Positions 14,547 to 27,593 of a stretch of DNA of 64,000 nucleotides are shown here, in pieces. Every line of letters begins with the position of its first letter. Within the stretch, counting starts at the first letter, position 1. The position numbers were made by a program, and so were the translations under genes. The notes beneath the pieces are model-generated. The model was not told the DNA's origin, made no database searches, and was given only the letters and a program-made list of their open reading frames with translations. Source of the stretch: the human T2T-CHM13v2.0 reference genome, Homo sapiens; NCBI RefSeq assembly GCF_009914755.1, contig NC_060935.1; one strand, given 5' to 3'.

Positions 14547-14790
14547 TTGTATGGCATAATGGGGCGGGGGAGCATTGGATTAAAATCAGAGCATGTGCAT
14601 TCTAAGGTCTAAATCTGCCTCTTAATAGCTGTACTGACATTAAGAAAGTGATTTACCTCCTCTCAGCTTCTGATTTCACATTAGTAAAATTGGGATAATA
14701 TCTGCTCTTCCTACCTCAGGTAAATGTTACATATCAAACCCGTGAAAAATATAAAATGCTTTAAAGTTGAAGCACTATTAAAACATTATT
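14547..14790 (+). mobile_element. MIR
   Basis: ctgcctcttaatagctgtactgacattaagaaagtgatttacctcctctcagcttc...gtaaaattgggataata. Confidence 0.75.
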
Positions 14791-15619
14791 AAACAAGTAT
14801 CAGAAAACAGATAAAATAATAGTCAAACTTACTGGCACAAATCTAATCTGGCACCCTGCAACTTTATGTTACTTCTCAAAGCCCCAGAGAAGAAAGTTAA
14901 GAGAACTATTTCAAAGGACCTTCTAAATGCTATGACTCTACTTCTGTAGACAATCACCAAAAAAATTTTTTTTTTCCTCTGGACCGCTAGAGTTTGAATT
15001 TGTTGCCATATTGCAGAAGGCTGAATGAATATCAAACACCAACATATGTTCGTGTTTCAGCATCCCACATGGAGAAAAACAGCTGACTTCACTGCTATTT
15101 TTGATAATCTGTTACTCTGGTGAAACTAGATACTCTTCCCTCCTCTGGAAGCTGACTGGAGTTACTTAGAATGGGATCCATTATTACTTGTGTTTGTGTT
15201 TTAATTAGGAATTAGCATTTCATTCAGGGGCAAAAGCTCACCTTCATAGAATCCTGTGTTCTACAGTCAAAGAGCTTCTCTGAGATCATTCTGCAGTGAA
15301 ACAAAGATGCCCTGTCTTATTTTATTTCTGATACTAATTGGACAACTTCAATATCTATAAGCATGATTTTGTTGTTACAGCCTCTTAGTTTTAGCCTCTT
15401 ACTTTTTTTCACTTTTCTGGTCCTCAGTAACCTCCACATCCATCAGTAACCCTCCCTGGATCATATTATTCATACTGCCATCCTTAAATAATATACCACC
15501 TCTAAAATATTCACTTCTCTGAATACCACACCGCCTCCCATCCTTCTAGCTTACCTAGTGTGGCTATTCCATTCCAGCAATTATTCAACCTCTGCAGAGT
15601 TTTTTCTTTTCTGTATTTG

Positions 15620-16660
15620 TTTTTAAATAAACTATTTAATTTTAGACTAGTTTAGATTTAAAGAAATATCAGAAGAGAGTATGGAGAGTTCTCAGATGTC
15701 CCACATCTAGTTTCCCCTATTAACTAACTTCTTATGTTAGTGCAGTTACTTTGCCACAATTAGTGAACAATATTGACACCTTATTTTTAAGTGAACTCTC
15801 TATTCTGTTTTCTTTAGTTTTTACCTAGTACTCTTTTTCTGTTTGTTTCAAGATGCCTTACAGACTCCTTTCCATGATGACATTTACCTATCACGTTTCC
15901 TCAGGCTTTTCTTGTCTGTGACAGTTTCTCAGACTTGCCTTGACAGTTTAAAAAAACACCGGTCTTGTGTTTTGTAGAATGGAGATTTGTCTGGTCATGA
16001 TTTGACTGAGGTTGTGGGTTTCAGGGAGGAAGACCACAGAGGTGTACTGCCATTCTCATCATAGCATATCAAGGTTACATAACTATCGACATGACTTATC
16101 ATTGTTGATGTTAGCCTTGATCACCTGACTGGAGTAACGCTTGTTAGTTTTCTTCACTGTAAAGTTACTTTGTCCCCCTGTTCCATACTGCATTATCTGG
16201 AAGTCAGTTACTATGCACAGCCCACACACGAGAGGTAAAGAGTTATAGTCTACCTCCATAAGAGGTGGGGTATCTACATAAATTATTTGGAATTCTGTGT
16301 CACAGATTTATCTCTTCTCCCTATTTATTTATTCAATCTTTTGTCTACATCACTATGGACCCAAGGACATTTGTTTTATACTTTAGGTTATAATTAAAAG
16401 CTACCATATGTATTTTGTTGCCCAAATTGTTCCAGCCTTGGCCATTATAAGCTCTTTCAGTTGGCTTTCATGTCCCTTTGACATACTTCGCATCTTTGTA
16501 GTTATTTTATTTTCTAGCACTTTCCTACTCTCTAGCAATACAAGATGCTCCAAGCTTCAGTTACATATTTCTTACCGCAGTCCTAGAATTGGACGCCTCT
16601 GCAAGGAGCCCTGGTTTCTATTATTGGAGAATAATGTTAGAAACAAAGATTAGGGCACTA
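15620..16660 (-). mobile_element. L1MC/L1MD-type 3'UTR, inserted in an L2 relic (about 15430-16960)
   Basis: gggaggaagaccacagaggtgtactgccattctcatc...ctgtaaagttact...caaggagccctggtttctattattggagaa. Confidence 0.8.
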
Positions 16661-16989
16661 TCTTAGAGACTTTGATTCATTAATCTACTACTTTCTCATA
16701 TGAATGAGCCTCTACTTTTTCCTCCTGTATTCTCATTTCCACTCTTCAACTGATTACCTAATAACTCTTTTCTTCTCAAGATTGATCATCCTGATCAATT
16801 CTTTTTACTTTTACTTGAGGATCTTGCCTCATATTTCATACTTTATTGAGTAAATAGATGCAAAAGAAATCTCTCATATTTTTATCACCAAAACTACCAA
16901 TTGATCCATTTTTATCTAAATTATGCCTCTCTATCCAACACGGAGGTTGATATGTCTATATCTAAGGACTGAGAGAATGAGAGAAAGGT

Positions 16990-17565
16990 GAATTTCTTGT
17001 TATTCCATTTACAGAATTTCACATAATCCCCTTGCTTCCAATATCACACTCATCCTTGTACACAGCTATTTCTGTGTGTCTGATTTCCCTCAGTCAATTG
17101 CTCCTCAGGTTCAACTTCTTTAGGGAGTAAATATCCATCTTCTGCCTGGGCGGAGGCAAAGTATCACTGGTAAGAGGAGAGGAGATGGAGTTCCTACTGT
17201 TTCAGCCCACTTTAAATGCTAATCTTGAGAGACACATAGACCCACTGTTCCTTGCACCTTTCCAGGTTCTTTGGTTTGAAATCCCTTTGTTTGGCCTCCA
17301 CTCTCTCACTTTGTTCCACTTCCCTTACCTCAGTCTTTGCCCATCCCCAATCACTTAGGTTTTTCTTTCTTACTAAAATCAGTTACCATTCATACATTCA
17401 TAAATATGCTTTCCATAATCCAAAAGTTTTTACCTGCTGTTTTCTCCTCTCATCGTCTGTAGGACTTCTAATTTTCATATTCATTTATTCCTATTTCAGT
17501 GAGACTTTGGGAAAGAGGTGCAATAAATAAAGATGCTCAATCTGCCAAGCTTTATCAAAGTCTCA
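16990..17565 (-). mobile_element. Very old L1/HAL1-type 5' region
   Basis: ends gctcaatctgccaagctttatcaaagtc, resembling the reverse of an old L1M 5' terminus. Confidence 0.4.
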
Positions 17566-18404
17566 GTGAGATTTTGAAAAATCCTGCCTTCTCAGATCAA
17601 CCCTTTTTAAAAATCACCTATTGGCTTCCTCAACTTCCAGGTTCCACTATCATTGTTAGATCTGAATGAGCAGAATCTAGTATGAAAAACCTTTTGTCCT
17701 TAGGCCAAAGAGACTTTGTTTTGGTTCCTAATTGTTCTGTCTATGGTCATATAATATCAAATTTAGGAGGTTAGTCTCTGAATAAATTGCTGGAGTAACT
17801 TGTTTTATTTCTTACTATCACTTTGACTTAACATTTTTTGTCTTTAAATGTGTATTTAATAATATAGCCTTATAATTTTGTTCTTTCTAATAAATGAAAT
17901 AATTTATGTGAAATACACTAACTCATTTAAAATTCAGAACAAACCTATGAGTTCCATATTATTTCCTTTGTATCACAAATGAAAAAAAGCCTAAGCTTGG
18001 GTGGTTTAAGCAAAGTTAAGTGTTTGAAACACATTAATTTTAGAAAAAGAAATGCCCCCAGAGGGCATTATTGGTGTAAGATATAGGTAACTCTCTCTCT
18101 CTCTCTGTTTTTTCTCTCTCTGTTTCTTATTGTAGGCACACTGAATTACTTGCCTTTCCCAGGTCATAGCAAAAACATGGGCATGTCTGTGCTTTGGTGA
18201 ATGCCATTTTTCTCTGCCTCTATTGGGCGTTTGCTCTCCATGCTGTGTCTGATGAAGACTGAGCTCTGAAATCTGTGCCTCACAAATGAGTTTCTTGGAG
18301 ACAGGGACAAGGCCTATGTATAGTTCCTGGTACAGTGTCTGACACATTATAGGTACCTATTGATTACACAATTAATAATAGCAATAATAATAGTAATAAT
18401 AATA

Positions 18405-18483
18405 TTAGGTTGGTGCACAAGTAATTGTGGTGTTCACCATTATTTTCAATGGCAAAACTGCAATTACTTTTGCATCAACCTAT
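18405..18483. mobile_element. MADE1 (Hsmar1 mariner MITE)
   Basis: ttaggttggtgcacaagtaattg...caattacttttgcatcaaccta, about 80-bp imperfect palindrome with a TA flank. Confidence 0.95.
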
Positions 18484-18624
18484 AATTGCATTCACCTATC
18501 AATTTATTCATCTTAGACACATTATGTAAAAGATAGTAACATAAACTTTTGTGATAGATGGCTAAGTAGATAGATAGATAGTTGATAGATTCTATCCAAT
18601 ATTCATTAAAATGGATAAGGAAGG

Positions 18625-19001
18625 TGTATTCTTTTCTGTGGCTGTTACAACGAATTACCTCCTGTGGCTTAAAACAACGAAAATGTATTCTCATTGTTCT
18701 ATAGGCCAAAATCTATGTTGGCACTGCTCCATATGCTCTAGGAGGGATTCCATTCCTGCTTTTGGCTTCACCATTCCTTGGCTTGTGGCTGCATCATTTC
18801 AGTCCCTCTCTCCATTTTCACATGGACTTCTCTGTGAATGTTTCTCTGTTCCTCTCTTTTACAAGGACACATGTGATCAACTCTCTCATCTCTAAATCCT
18901 TACCTTAATTATACATGCAAAGACTCTTTTTCCAAATGCTATTCACAAGTCCTAAGGATTAGGACTTAATATGTTTCAGTGGCCATTATTCAACCTATTA
19001 T
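18625..19001 (-). mobile_element. MLT1C/D-like LTR
   Basis: ggcttaaaacaacgaaaatgtattctcattgttcta...cattccttggcttgtggctgcatc...ggccattattcaacc. Confidence 0.8.
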
Positions 19002-19185
19002 ACTAGGTGTTCAAGTCAGAGTATTTGCTTGCAAGCAACAGCAAACAATAGAAATTGACCTACGTTGTCTTAGAAGAGCAGAAATTTATTGTAGTATGCT
19101 ACTGAAAGCTCACAATTGATTGGTTATCTGAAGGTCAGTTTTGGAAAATTGAAAAGAACAAGGAGGTGGGTGTTGAAAGTCCAAG

Positions 19186-19690
19186 TGATAGCTACAGGAG
19201 GCAGCCAAATGCCTAGGCAGATAGTGGTGGGTCCTGGGTGAAACTCCACCTCCAAGCCAAAAAGAGCCTGAAGGCTGAACGACTGGACTGCTCGTTCTGG
19301 ATTAAACCTGCAACCCAGAGTGAAGACTTCTGTTCCTGTTTGCCCGCCCTTCCTGGAATGATTCTTTCTGAATAACACCTTTTAACCAATCTAATGTTGC
19401 CTTTTCCAATGTTATCTATAACCTGCCCTTCTGCTATTCTGAGCCCATAAAAAGGCCTGGACCCAGCTACATGGGGAGGAGAGAACCACCTGACTACAGG
19501 GGTGGGGAACCACCCCCTCATCCCCTCTCCGCTGAGAGCTGTTCCGTTGCTCAGTAAAATTCTTCTCTGCCCTCCTCACCCGTCAATGTCCAGCATATCC
19601 TCATTCTTCCTGTGTGTGGTACAAGAGCTTGAGAACTGATGAACCAGGGTAGAAGCTATAACACAGGCAAGCTACGGCATACCAGCATCC
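19186..19690 (+). mobile_element. ERV1 LTR, MER50-like, 3' truncated
   Basis: tgatagctacaggaggcagccaaatgcctaggcagatag...; CCAAT boxes, cccataaaaa TATA-like, agtaaa polyA-like. Confidence 0.8.
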
Positions 19691-22004
19691 TCAAGGGAAG
19701 GGAGAATGGGGCTCTACCACAAATAAGTATTTCAAACAAGGGGTTTGGGGTTGGACATTAGACACTAAAAATAAAAATTTAAAAAATTGTCCCCTATGAA
19801 GAGTAACTATATTCTTCAATTAAAAAAAAATGAAGAAACTAATACTCAATTCAATAAGTATAGGAAATAGGATAAAAATCCCAGGGCTGCATAACTCCAT
19901 AGATTACATTCTTTTCACTCAATGATGCTTCCTTCTGAAGTATCAAAATTCACTTGACTTATAGAAAAGTTTTAGAATAATGACCAATTGTATATCTCTT
20001 CCCTAATTTGCAGAATAAATAAATGTCAAAAATTCAAGTAACTAGTTTGAATGAGAATCAGGCCTTCACTTCATGGAGTGCAAAAACATTCAAACTTCAT
20101 TCTTTAAATAAATATTAAACAGTGCCCTTTGAAATCACATTATAAAAAGTCAATTTTTTTCAATAATGCTGTCATTATTCAAAGCAATTTTGGAACTCAT
20201 TCCTATTTTTAAAATTACCACCAGAGTTCCCGTATTGCAAGTTTATGTCTTAAAGACCAATCAAGCATGTTTAAATTACATTATTGTGCCTATTAAAATT
20301 TTTCCTTTAAATGTCATTCTGGAAAAAAATGATTATTTCAAAAAACGATCTTTGACATAAACTTTAATCTGCAGGCAATTGGTCAGAACAATGCAGGTTG
20401 CTACAGAAACCTTAAATGCAGATTTCATGTCCTGCAAAAATTTAAGAGAAGAGGGAGAAATCGACTTATGATGATATTCATGACTTGCCAGCTTTGTAAC
20501 AAAACAAAAATCTTTATTTTATAATTAAAGACACTAAGAAAGTTTATATACCTGTTTCAAAATCTTAAAACTAGTAAGCATTTTTAATTCTGGGTTAACA
20601 CAAATTTTAAACTTAAAAAAAAGATAAGAGCAAGTGGAGTTACATCTGAGTTCTCTTTGAAAAAAAAAGATAACTTGTAAAGTACAGTGAGGGGAAAGAA
20701 TGATGGAGTTTCTTTTTTGTTTGTTTGTTTTATTTGTTTCTCTCACTTAATGTAGAATTGAAAGATGCTCCTGGAAACAGTGGTGGGAAAGAAAGATGTA
20801 GACTTCAGTAGCAAGTAACACCTTCATTGTCTTCTAAGGAAAAGCAAAACAAGGATTGTGATTTCAAACAAGCACTTAGTGAAAGAACTATTAAATTGCA
20901 TATGGTCATTTTTTTCTATAAGAAAATGCCCCTTAACAATTCTAAATTTCGTCGTTTTAATGAATATTTTTCTTTTGATTGTTTTTAAAATAGTATATGA
21001 AAGGGAAAATTCTTCTCTCAGTTCACAATTAAGTGACTAATTTTTCAGACAAAATCAGAACATATAACCTCAGATTTGTTGGAATATAGTTATAAATATT
21101 GAAATCAGGATTATTTAGGGGAATATCACAAGTTTACTTAATGGCTTCCTACATAAATAACTTCATTTTGCTGGTTCCTCTGCCTAAATGCTGTTTTAAT
21201 CTGGTAGCTTCTACTTATTTTTTATGCTTAGTTCTATAAGGCCTTATTCAGGATTCCTAGTAATATTGACGCTATCTGAACCATGTTATAATTATTTATA
21301 AACCTCTATCACATATATCCATGAGTGCCTCAAGAATAGGACTCACCTATTATGAAGCTTTCCATTCTAAATGCCAAGTATAGCACCTGATGAAACTTAC
21401 TAAGTTATCATTAAATATTTTTAGAGTAGATACATGGTATATCAGAATGGATAGATGAGAGAAGAAATTGAATGAACAAAATTCTGTCTTACTTGGGAGA
21501 GGTAACTGTTTAAAATATGCTAATTCACAAAGTCAATCATATGTTTTCTTTATTAACTCTAGCTTTTACTTATTGTCCCTATCACTTGTATTGGTTATTT
21601 TGTTCATGTTCCTAGGAAAATGGTAAGAAGAATAGCAAAGAATGAATATAAAACAGCTTGAAACTTAAGACTGATAAAAGAGACTAGCCCTGTAGTAATC
21701 TCCGTCATATTGAAATCCTCCCCAAGCCAGTTCCTAGAGCCACTTAAATACCTCTCTTAGATTAAGAGGGACTTTGCCTCTGAGCTGGGGAGTCTAGGGC
21801 TCAGAGTCTGGTACTCAAATGGCAAATATGAGAGTATATTTGAACTCTTAACAAGTTGAAGCCATTCCTTGACACTTAGCAGATTTTTCCCATGTAACAA
21901 AGCATTGACATCTGCAAAGCTGTGGAGCATTGCTACTGAAAATTTACTGGAGAAGCAAACATTTTCTTGTTTTTCTAAATGTGAAAAAATAAACATTTCT
22001 GAAG

Positions 22005-22121
22005 TGTGTGTGTGTGTTTTGGTACATAGATGAGAGGTTTCTATGTTGCCCAGGCTGGGCTCGAACGTCTAGCCTCACCTCCTTATGCACCAGGACAACA
22101 GGCCTGAGCCACTGCGGCTCC
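22005..22121 (-). mobile_element. Internally deleted Alu left monomer (FLAM-C derivative), ASR/CAS (snaR-precursor)-like Pol III unit
   Basis: minus strand GGAGCCGCAGTGGCTCAGGCCTGTTG...GTTCGAGCCCAGCCTGGGCAACATAG; A and B boxes about 19 nt closer than in FLAM-C; (AC)n tail; ctgaagt on both sides. Confidence 0.7.
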
Positions 22122-22219
22122 TGAAGTTTTTCCTCTGAGATTTCAGAAAAGTGTAGCAGGTGAAATTCTTGTCTTAGTAGTGTTTTTGAGGAGAAGGAAA
22201 GGCAGTTGTTTATATTTCT

Positions 22220-22518
<299 letters not shown>

Positions 22519-23099
22519 GGCAGTTGTTTATATTTCTAAGAAGACTGAGACATCTGATTTCTTCTATGTGAACTGCTAGCTTCTTTGTGAATATTTATAG
22601 GAATGACAAAATCACAAAGAAGGTTAATGAATATACACATTTTCTTATTTGAGTAAAGGAAAACTGTAAATCTCCCTACTAGGTTTTTCAGCCAGGGGAT
22701 TATCAAAGCTTTATATTTAGGCAAAAATGATTATTAAGTCAATTCATAGGGAGTCAAAACATTGGTGCATGCTATTTATATCCATTTGAATTAAGCAGAT
22801 ATTTTCTAATTTTGCCATGCGGAAGAGCTGATAATAATACACTATATTCACCTACAGTTACTGATAGAAGTCTGGTTTTCCTTCTAAACTACAAACTTCT
22901 TGAATACACAGGTCAGATCTGGACTGTTTTTTAGCTCTATTGCTGCTTTCTCACTGTATACACAGTCACCGCCAGGTGCTGATATAACTAAAGGGTCAGC
23001 TTTTTCTTTTTAATTACAGGCTATTTCCTGCTAATATTTTGGAGGAAAGAGGGGAGAGGTTTTCTGAAACTCTCTTCTGAGTTATCCACTTAATCACTA

Positions 23100-24150
23100 C
23101 TTCTGGGAAATGCTTGGTTTCAGATCTGGGAGAAGAAATATAGAAGATAAATCTGGAACACTGTGTGACACAAAATAAGAAAACTGTGAAAGGAAAACGA
23201 GCCATTGTCAAAATGACACATGAGCCAGCTTGAGTGGACTTTCACTATCCAAAGGTGAGACAATTAAAGAATCAATAATAACTATGATTGATTAAAACAC
23301 ATTTAAGATGTAAAAAGCCATGCATTCTTAATATTTTAAAGAGAGAGAAACAATAAAAACTCTTGGGATATTGGATAACATTAGAGCCTGTCTGGGCACC
23401 AAGTCAATATTCTGAAAATTGTCACTGAAGGGAAAGAATTAGGCATTTACCTTGCCATTCTGAAGTAAATTGTATTTCAGGGTGTCCCAAAAGTCCTGTA
23501 GTTATGGAAAAGAGTATTGTATAGAAATAGTTCAGTTAATAAATGTAGAATTATGGTGGAATTAGAAAAACACTTCGCAATCTCTAATGAAATAACTGAC
23601 TAAAGTAATCATCATCAATATCGAGGTTGATGGGTAATTTATTGTCTAAATTAATTACTAATTTATTAGATTAGTAGTAATTTATTAGATTTATTAATAA
23701 TCAGTAATTAATTACTAAATTTATTAGAGTAAAATAATTACTCTAATAAAATAAAAAGATACTTTGTGAGAAAAAAAGGGTGCACTATTGATAATTATGC
23801 CAGGAAACAGGCATAAACTGGTGTGATTCCAGGCAAATATATGTCAGGTCAGCCTGTACTGGGGAACCTGACAATAAAGAGAACAGGCTGTCACTGGCTG
23901 AACTCACTGATTAATTTTAGCAGAATAAAGATAAGACAATAAAACCTTATATGCCTGCTGATGTGAGGTAATATGAAGAATTCAGCATTGTCTATGATGC
24001 ATTGTATACATATATAATATCTCAAATGTGTGTATATATAAATGTGTATTCATGTATAATATTCAAGACTTTAAATCTTATCCCCAGTATACAGAAAATA
24101 CAGGGGATGGGGAAACAAGTCAAATGGTACCATGGGGAAGTACATTTGCT
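23100..24150 (+). mobile_element. L1MC4/5-like 3'UTR relic
   Basis: cagatctgggagaagaaatatagaagataaatctggaaca...ggaaagaattaggcatttaccttgcc...ccagtatacagaaaatacagggga. Confidence 0.6.
23624..23855. mobile_element. MER94 (hAT-Blackjack MITE) interrupted by a ~105-bp AT-rich insert
   Basis: aggttgatgggtaatttattgtctaaa [insert] gatactttgtgag...gcactattgataattatgccaggaaacaggcataaactgg...ggtcagcct. Confidence 0.7.
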
Positions 24151-24519
24151 AATTACTACTTACATGACTAATAAATGCTTACATTGAACCATATTCTACA
24201 GGATCACAGATTTAGGCACGTTTTCTGTAACCTGGAGAACTTTTCTTAGTGGGCTCAGAAGAATATTGAAAGTGGTGGAGTTTGATGATGTGTCACTTTC
24301 TTTCATGGTAGTGGCTTTTGAATTAACACTAATGTTTAAGACCTAGTATCACAAAGAAAACTTATAATTATGTTGTAGAGATAAAGCCAGTCTTACCATA
24401 TGAAGTCAAATAATTATTCAACAGATGATCTACTTTTAAAACCAACAAAATAATGCTTCAATAATGAATGTAATTTTCAAGACAGAGATAGGAACAGTAA
24501 GTTCTGTAAGAATTAGAAG

Positions 24520-24750
24520 TAAATAAATTCCATTTAATCCCAGTGGACCAGGAAAGCCTTATAGAAGAGATAAGTTTTGAGCTTGGCTTTTTAAAAACTG
24601 TAGAATTTATAGAGAGAGAAAGAAGAAAGAATTCCAGACGGTCAGAAGAATATGTGCAAAAGCATTTAACAGCCAATGATATTTAACAGTTTACAAACAA
24701 GCTCTACTAGAGTAGAGTTAATGGGAAATAAGGCTGGAAAGATAGGTTGC
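24520..24750 (-). mobile_element. L2 fragment
   Basis: caggaaagccttatagaagagataagttttgagcttggc...gaattccagac...atgtgcaaaagc. Confidence 0.6.
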
Positions 24751-26374
24751 TGATGCCTTTCTGGGTCCCTTGCATAGTTCCCCCAAGCATTCAGACCCTG
24801 TCCATCATGGAGGCATATTAAACCACATAGCTCACTAGTAGCTCACTAGAGAAATAATGAGTCGACCCTGTTACTGCACATTATAGAATGTTGTGCTTAT
24901 GGTTTTCTTGTTCTCCCCTACTTTAAGCCAGTCCTTTAGCTAGCTCTTGCCTGAGTGTTTGCCTCTTGGTGTATCAGAAACAGACAAATCTTTCATGAGA
25001 TCCCAAACAAGCCCATTCCTAATATGTCTAAGATGTAAAATAATAAAGATTACAGATTTGAATGCACTTATTTTATTTATGCAAACCCAGACTTCAGACT
25101 TAATTTTAATGGTGCTTTGCTATTCTAAAACAAAGATATTGATTTTTATTATTGATTGTTCTTTTTAAAGTCCATTTCTAATATTCCTCATTTTTTTTTT
25201 TTTACTGTGTCTAGTGAAAGTAAGTTTTCTTGTTTGTTTTGTTTAATTGATTCAGGAGCTTTCTTCATTGACCATTTTTTATGAGATAGGCTGATTTCAG
25301 AATATGTGCTCTGATTGTTTTAGCTAATTTCTCTTAGCAATCTACTGCCATGCAAAACTGGCACGTTAACGTTTTCATTAAATGCACTGCTAACTCCAAA
25401 TAATCAAAGCAATATTCATCATCCTTGGCCACGTGCTGCCAACCTTGCCCACCACATGCATGTGAGCAAATGAACATAGGTTACATTAAAAGCTAATAGA
25501 ATCTTTGGTTGCTTAACATTAGTGGCTCATTTATTTGCAGGGAACAAATATCTTCTAACACTAGGTCAATTGAAGTTTATTCTGCAAATACCAGTGATTT
25601 GGAAACTAAGCATTAACAGGGCTGAGGCAGTCCCAGGGACTGGATACTCAGTGTCTCTGTTACCCTCTTTTAGCATCCCTACTTTTCTCTGTGAATCTGC
25701 TCTAGGCCTTTCTATATAAATCAGGTTTTTTTCACTTTCCAAAATTCTGATCCTTCAAAATTTTGACTTTGCATTACTATGGCCATTCCAGTCTGAATTC
25801 TTTCTCATGGGTTGCCTCCATGCAAACATTGCCTTCTCTTTCATATAAATAGTCCTAATCTAAGAATTCCCAAAGAAGAAATTGATTGCCTCATTATATC
25901 TTACCACACCAAGCTATGGATTTTAAATGTGAGATCATACAGTAATTTGTTGACTTGCCAGTTGACTGTACTTGGGTCAATTGTACAACCTTCGTCTGAT
26001 AGTGTGTGATTAAAGAACCAGGAGATTTTGCTACAAAATATGGTCACTGTTCATTTATCAGTGCCATGGGCAGAGATATTTGTTTTTGAAGGGAAAGTAG
26101 ACAGTGAAATCCCCAAAATATTTCAAGTATTAATGTGCCACAATCCCTGAGAAGTAGACCCAAGAAAAGAGTGAGAGGCTAAGCATCCTTTAAAGGAATT
26201 TCCTCCTGAGGAACTCCTCTCTGGCATTCCCATCAAGTGGTCATCTTGTTTTAACTTGGATGCTTCCAAAGATTGAAAACTTATTTCAAGAGGCTACTAG
26301 CCTGCTGAAAAGCACTAGCCCTGAAGGGAATATCATCTTCAATTGTGTCTTCAATTGTGTTCAATATTTATTTG

Positions 26375-27232
26375 TTTTTTAATATGTTCATTGGCCACAT
26401 AAATGTCTTCTTTTTAGAAGTGTCTGTTATTTCCTTTGCTCACTTTTAGTTTGTTTTACATCACTGATCGTTAGAGAAATGCAAATCAAAACCACAATGA
26501 GATACCATCTCACGCCAGTCAGAATGGTGATTATTAAAAAGTCAGGAAACAATAGATGCTGGTGAGGCTGTGGAGAAATAGGAACAGTTTTACACTGTTG
26601 GTGGGAGTGTAAATTAGTTTAACCATTGTGGAAAACAGTGTGGTGATTCTTCAAGGATTTAGAACCAGAAATACCATTTGACCCAGCAGTCCTATTACTG
26701 GGTGTGTACCCCAAGGAATATAAATCATTCTACCATAAAGACACTTGTCCATGTATGTTTATTGCAACACTATTTACAATAACAAAGACATGGATCCAAC
26801 ACAAATGCCCATCAAGGATAGACTAGATAATGAAAATGTGGCACATATACACCATGGAATACTATGCAGCCATAAAAAGGAATGAGATATGTCCTTTGCA
26901 GGGACATGGATAAAGCTGGAAGCCATCATCCTCAGCAAGCTAACACAGGAACAGAAAGCCAAACTGCATGTTCTCACTCATAAGTGGTAAGTGGGAGTTG
27001 AACAATGAGAACACATGGACACAGGGAGGGGAACAACACACACTGGGGTCAGTCTAGGGGTTGTGAGCAAGGGATGGGAGAGCATTAGGACAAATACCTA
27101 ATGCATCCAGGGCTAAAAACCTAGATGACAGGTTGATAGGTGCAGCAAACCACCATGGCACATGTATACTGATGTAACAAACCTATACGGTCTGCACTTG
27201 TATCCTGGAAATTAAAGTAAAATTTAAAAAAA
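26375..27232 (+). mobile_element. L1PA (L1PA8-like), 5'-truncated with 5' inversion
   Basis: antisense L1 26375-26457, sense L1 from acatcactgatcg (26458) to aattaaagtaaaatttaaaaaa; 3'UTR aaaacctagatgacaggttgataggtgcagcaaacc. Confidence 0.92.
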
Positions 27233-27568
27233 TATATTTATGTTGTATTGTGAGGGAGAATAGTTTATGAGTGTTCTCAATTGCCTGGGCATTCATTAAG
27301 ATATAAATAACAGAAACAGATTTTGAGAGCTAAAGCACAACGTGAATGTATTAATGGAGTATGTCTATCTCAAAAAATTCAGAGCACAGCCAAGCAACTA
27401 AGACTTTGGGAAAAACAAAAATCAGAACTTCTCCGGGAATATAATGAGTGCTACTTTTTAAAACTTCCCTCTAAATACTATAAGTAATGTGACTCAGTTA
27501 CACATAACTCCTACCCCTGTGTTTCTGAATTTAAAATTCTGGATTCCTAAGACAGAATAATTGACAAA

Positions 27569-27593
27569 TATATATATATATATATATATATAT
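27569..27593. repeat. (TA)n microsatellite
   Basis: direct. Confidence 0.95.
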
